A stretch of 64,000 nucleotides of DNA. It comes from Mustelus asterias. Taxonomy: Eukaryota. The notes under the pieces were generated by a model, which did not search any database, was not told where the DNA came from, and saw nothing but the letters and a program-made list of their open reading frames with translations. The stretch is taken from assembly GCF_964213995.1 (NCBI RefSeq), contig NC_135825.1, positions 20,646,001 to 20,710,000 on the forward strand, read 5' to 3'. The translations under genes and the position numbers were made by a program. Shown here one piece after another: positions 61,370 to 64,000 of the stretch. Numbering within the stretch: the stretch's first letter is position 1; the number at the start of each line of letters is the position of its first letter.

Positions 61370-62285
61370 AGCAAAGTTTGCTGATGACATGAAGATGAGT
61401 GGGAGAGCAAATTGCGTGGAGGGCGTGGAAAGTCTGCAGAGAGATTTGGATAGGCTGAGTGAGTGGGCGAGGATCTGGCAGATGGAATATAATGTTGGTA
61501 AATGTTTGGAAGCAATAATAGTAAATTGGAAAATTATTTAAATGGAGAAAAATTACATCATGCTACTGTGCAGAGGGACCTGGGGGTCCTTGTGCACGAA
61601 TCTCAAAAACTCAGTCTGCAGGTGCAGCAGGTGATCAAGAAGGTGAATGGAATGTCGGCCTTTATCGCGAGGGGGATAGAATATAAAAGCAGGGAGGTCT
61701 TGCTGCAACTATACAAGGCACTGGTGAGGCCGCAACTGGAGTACTGTGTGCAGTTTTGGTCCCCTTATTTGCGAAAGGATATATTGGCCTTGGAGTGCAG
61801 AGAAGGTTCACCAGGTTGATACCGGAGATGAGGGGTGTAGCTTATGAGGAGAGATTGAACAGATGGGGTCTGTACTCATTGGAGTTTAGAAGGCTGAGGG
61901 GTGATCTTATAGAGACATATAAGATAATGAAGGGGCTGGATAGGGTAGAGGTAGAGAGATTCTTTCCACTTAGAAGGGAAACCAGAACTAGAGGGCACAG
62001 CCTCAAAATAATTGGGGGCCGGTTCAGGGGAAACTTCTTCTCTCAGAGGGTAGTGAATCTCTGGAATTCTCTGCCCATTGAAGTGGTGGAGGCTTCCTCG
62101 TTGAATATGTTTAAATCACGGGTAGATAGATTTCTGATCGCTAAGGGAATTAAGGGATATGGGGAGCAGGCGGGTAAGTGGAACTGAATCGCTTCAGATC
62201 AGCCATGATCTTGTTGAATGGCGGGGCAGGCTCGAGGGGCTAGATGGCCTACTCCTGCTCCTATTTCTTATGTTCTTATATGTTC
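61370..62285 (+). mobile_element. CR1/HER1 LINE 3' portion
   Basis: SKFADD RT motif, QRDLGVLV, LYKALVRPQLEYCVQFWSP, RRLRGDLIETYKI. Frameshift near 61790. Tail ttcttatgttctta. Confidence 0.92.
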
Positions 62286-62687
62286 ACCTCTTATTCTTCT
62301 GAGCTCTGGAGCTCATTCGACTTCATTTCTCCTTCTGCCAACCATATCATCACATGATTCTATGTGGTGTACCTTTGTTGCATTGCTTACGGAGCATAGA
62401 CTTTAGATATGTGCAAAACTGCATACACTATTTGGATTGGAATTGTATTCATCCCATTGGAGCTGGAGTCAAACTTTGTCCTGCCCACTGGAATTAGGAA
62501 TTGAACCTCCCCCCACCCATCAGAATCAGACCATCCACCCCCCCACTTCCCTACTCCAATCCTGTGGTGAGGGATCAAAACCCACCAAGGGGCTGGAGCT
62601 CAGTTCTGGCTATAAGTTTTATCCCATTACATCCTCAGTAAACCTCCGATGAACATAGCAAGAGACTTTCAAAAGCACATAGAGGCG

Positions 62688-63069
62688 ACAGAGCCTGCAG
62701 ATCACACAAACCAGCCTCCCATCCATTGACTCTGTCTACACTTCCCACTGCCTTGGCAAAGCAGTCAGCATAATTAAGGACCCCACACACCCCGGACATT
62801 CTTTCTTCTGTCGGGAAAAAGATACAAAAGTCTGAGGTCATGTACCAACCGACTCGAGAACAGCTTCTTCCCTGCTGCTGTCAGACTTTTGAATGGGCCT
62901 ACCTTGCATTAAGTTGACCTTTCTCTATATCCTAGCTATGACTGTAACACTACATTCTGCACTCTCTCATTTCCTTCTCTATGAATGGTATGCTTTGTCT
63001 GTATAGCATGCAAGAAACAATACTTTTCACTATATACTAATATATGTGACAATAATAAATCAAATCAAA
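62688..63069 (+). mobile_element. Rex1/Babar-type LINE 3' fragment
   Basis: Matches 23960-24322 and ends aataataaatcaaatcaaa. Confidence 0.85.
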
Positions 63070-63129
63070 GATCACGCATTGAATTTATTAGCTGTCTCAG
63101 AACACATCAATCTGAGTGGAAGCAAGTCA

Positions 63130-63437
63130 TCAGCACGGTGGCACAGTGGTTAGCGCTGCTGCCTCACAGCACCACAGACCTGGATTCAATTCCAGCCTTG
63201 GGTGACTGTGTGGAGTTTGCATGTTCTCCCCATGTCTGCATGAGTTTCCGTCGGGTGTTGATATTTCCTCCCACACTCCAAAGATGTGCTTGTTAGGTTG
63301 ATTGGCCATGCCAAAGTGTCAGGGGGATTAGCGGGATAAATATATGGGGTTATGGGGATAGGACCTGGATGGGATTGTTGTCGGTTCAGACTTGATGGAC
63401 TGAATGGCCACGTTCTGTACTGTAGGGATTCTATAAT
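63130..63437 (+). mobile_element. HE1-type V-SINE
   Basis: Head, V-domain and tail ctgtagggattcta. Confidence 0.88.
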
Positions 63438-63554
63438 CTTGATTCCAAGGGACTGCCTGAAAAGGAGAAACTCATAATAGATTTGTCAAACACGATTTCC
63501 CTTTCATAAAATTATTTTTTTTCTGCCTAATCACTTAATCTTCTATGGCAGTGT

Positions 63555-63656
63555 TCCGAAAGCTCGTGATTCCAAATAAACCTGATGGACTTTAACCTGG
63601 TGTTGTGAGACTTATTACTGTGCCCACCCCAGTCCAACGCTGGCATCTCCACATCT
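63555..63656 (+). mobile_element. Penelope-terminus fragment within a minus-strand CR1 RT remnant (~63440-63900)
   Basis: tccgaaagctcgtgattccaaataaacc...ccccagtccaacgctggcatctccacatc. The flanking minus strand reads IVDALVLIFPISLNSG...KVANAALLFRKG...GNHRSVRLT. Confidence 0.7.
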
Positions 63657-64000
63657 TAATCTGTTACTGTTACTACTTCTTCAATAATGGATTCCAGCAT
63701 TTCACTGAAAAAGGTCAGGCGAACTGACCTGTGGTTCCCAGTTTTCTTTCCCACTCCTTTCCTGAACAGCAGTGCTGCATTTGCTACCTTCCCTTCCACT
63801 GAGGCCATTCCAGAATTGAGGGAAATTGGGAAGATCAAGACCAATGCATCGACGATCCTTGCAACTACTGCTCTTCGAATCCTTGGGTGTGGACTGTTGT
63901 GGACATAATTATTTTGTAAAGGATGTGAAAATTTAAAATTAAAATGAAAAGACATTTCAAAACTGATAAGAGATGCAGATGATTTTTTAGATGGCATTAA

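Overview
Eukaryotic, repeat-rich vertebrate DNA, very probably from a cartilaginous fish (shark): it carries HE1-type V-SINEs, DeuSINEs and CR1/HER1 LINEs. Two complete minus-strand host genes can be reconstructed. One is C1orf116/SARG (coding exons 34249-34353, 22369-22573, 15653-17070; 575 aa). The other is the deubiquitinase YOD1 (52452-52659, 47972-48675; 303 aa). A CpG-rich bidirectional promoter at about 60.1-60.6 kb is followed by the first exon of a plus-strand gene, PFKFB2 by vertebrate synteny only. There are two intronless pseudogenes, RPL39 and POLR3K. The rest is transposon-derived: a PIF/Harbinger-like non-autonomous element, a hAT MITE, a Penelope-like element (RT + GIY-YIG), a decayed Gypsy LTR element, CR1 and Rex1/Babar LINE pieces and many SINEs. 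The three most unusual signals are: (1) a Harbinger-like element whose internal fold-back arms enclose a spliced RPL39 cDNA with no poly(A); (2) a set of tiny, mostly palindromic, TSD-flanked Penelope-derived insertions, some carrying minimal hammerhead-ribozyme motifs; (3) a V-SINE subfamily whose 3' tail resembles the Rex1/Babar tail rather than the CR1 tail. All calls were made by eye, without database searches, so repeat boundaries are approximate.
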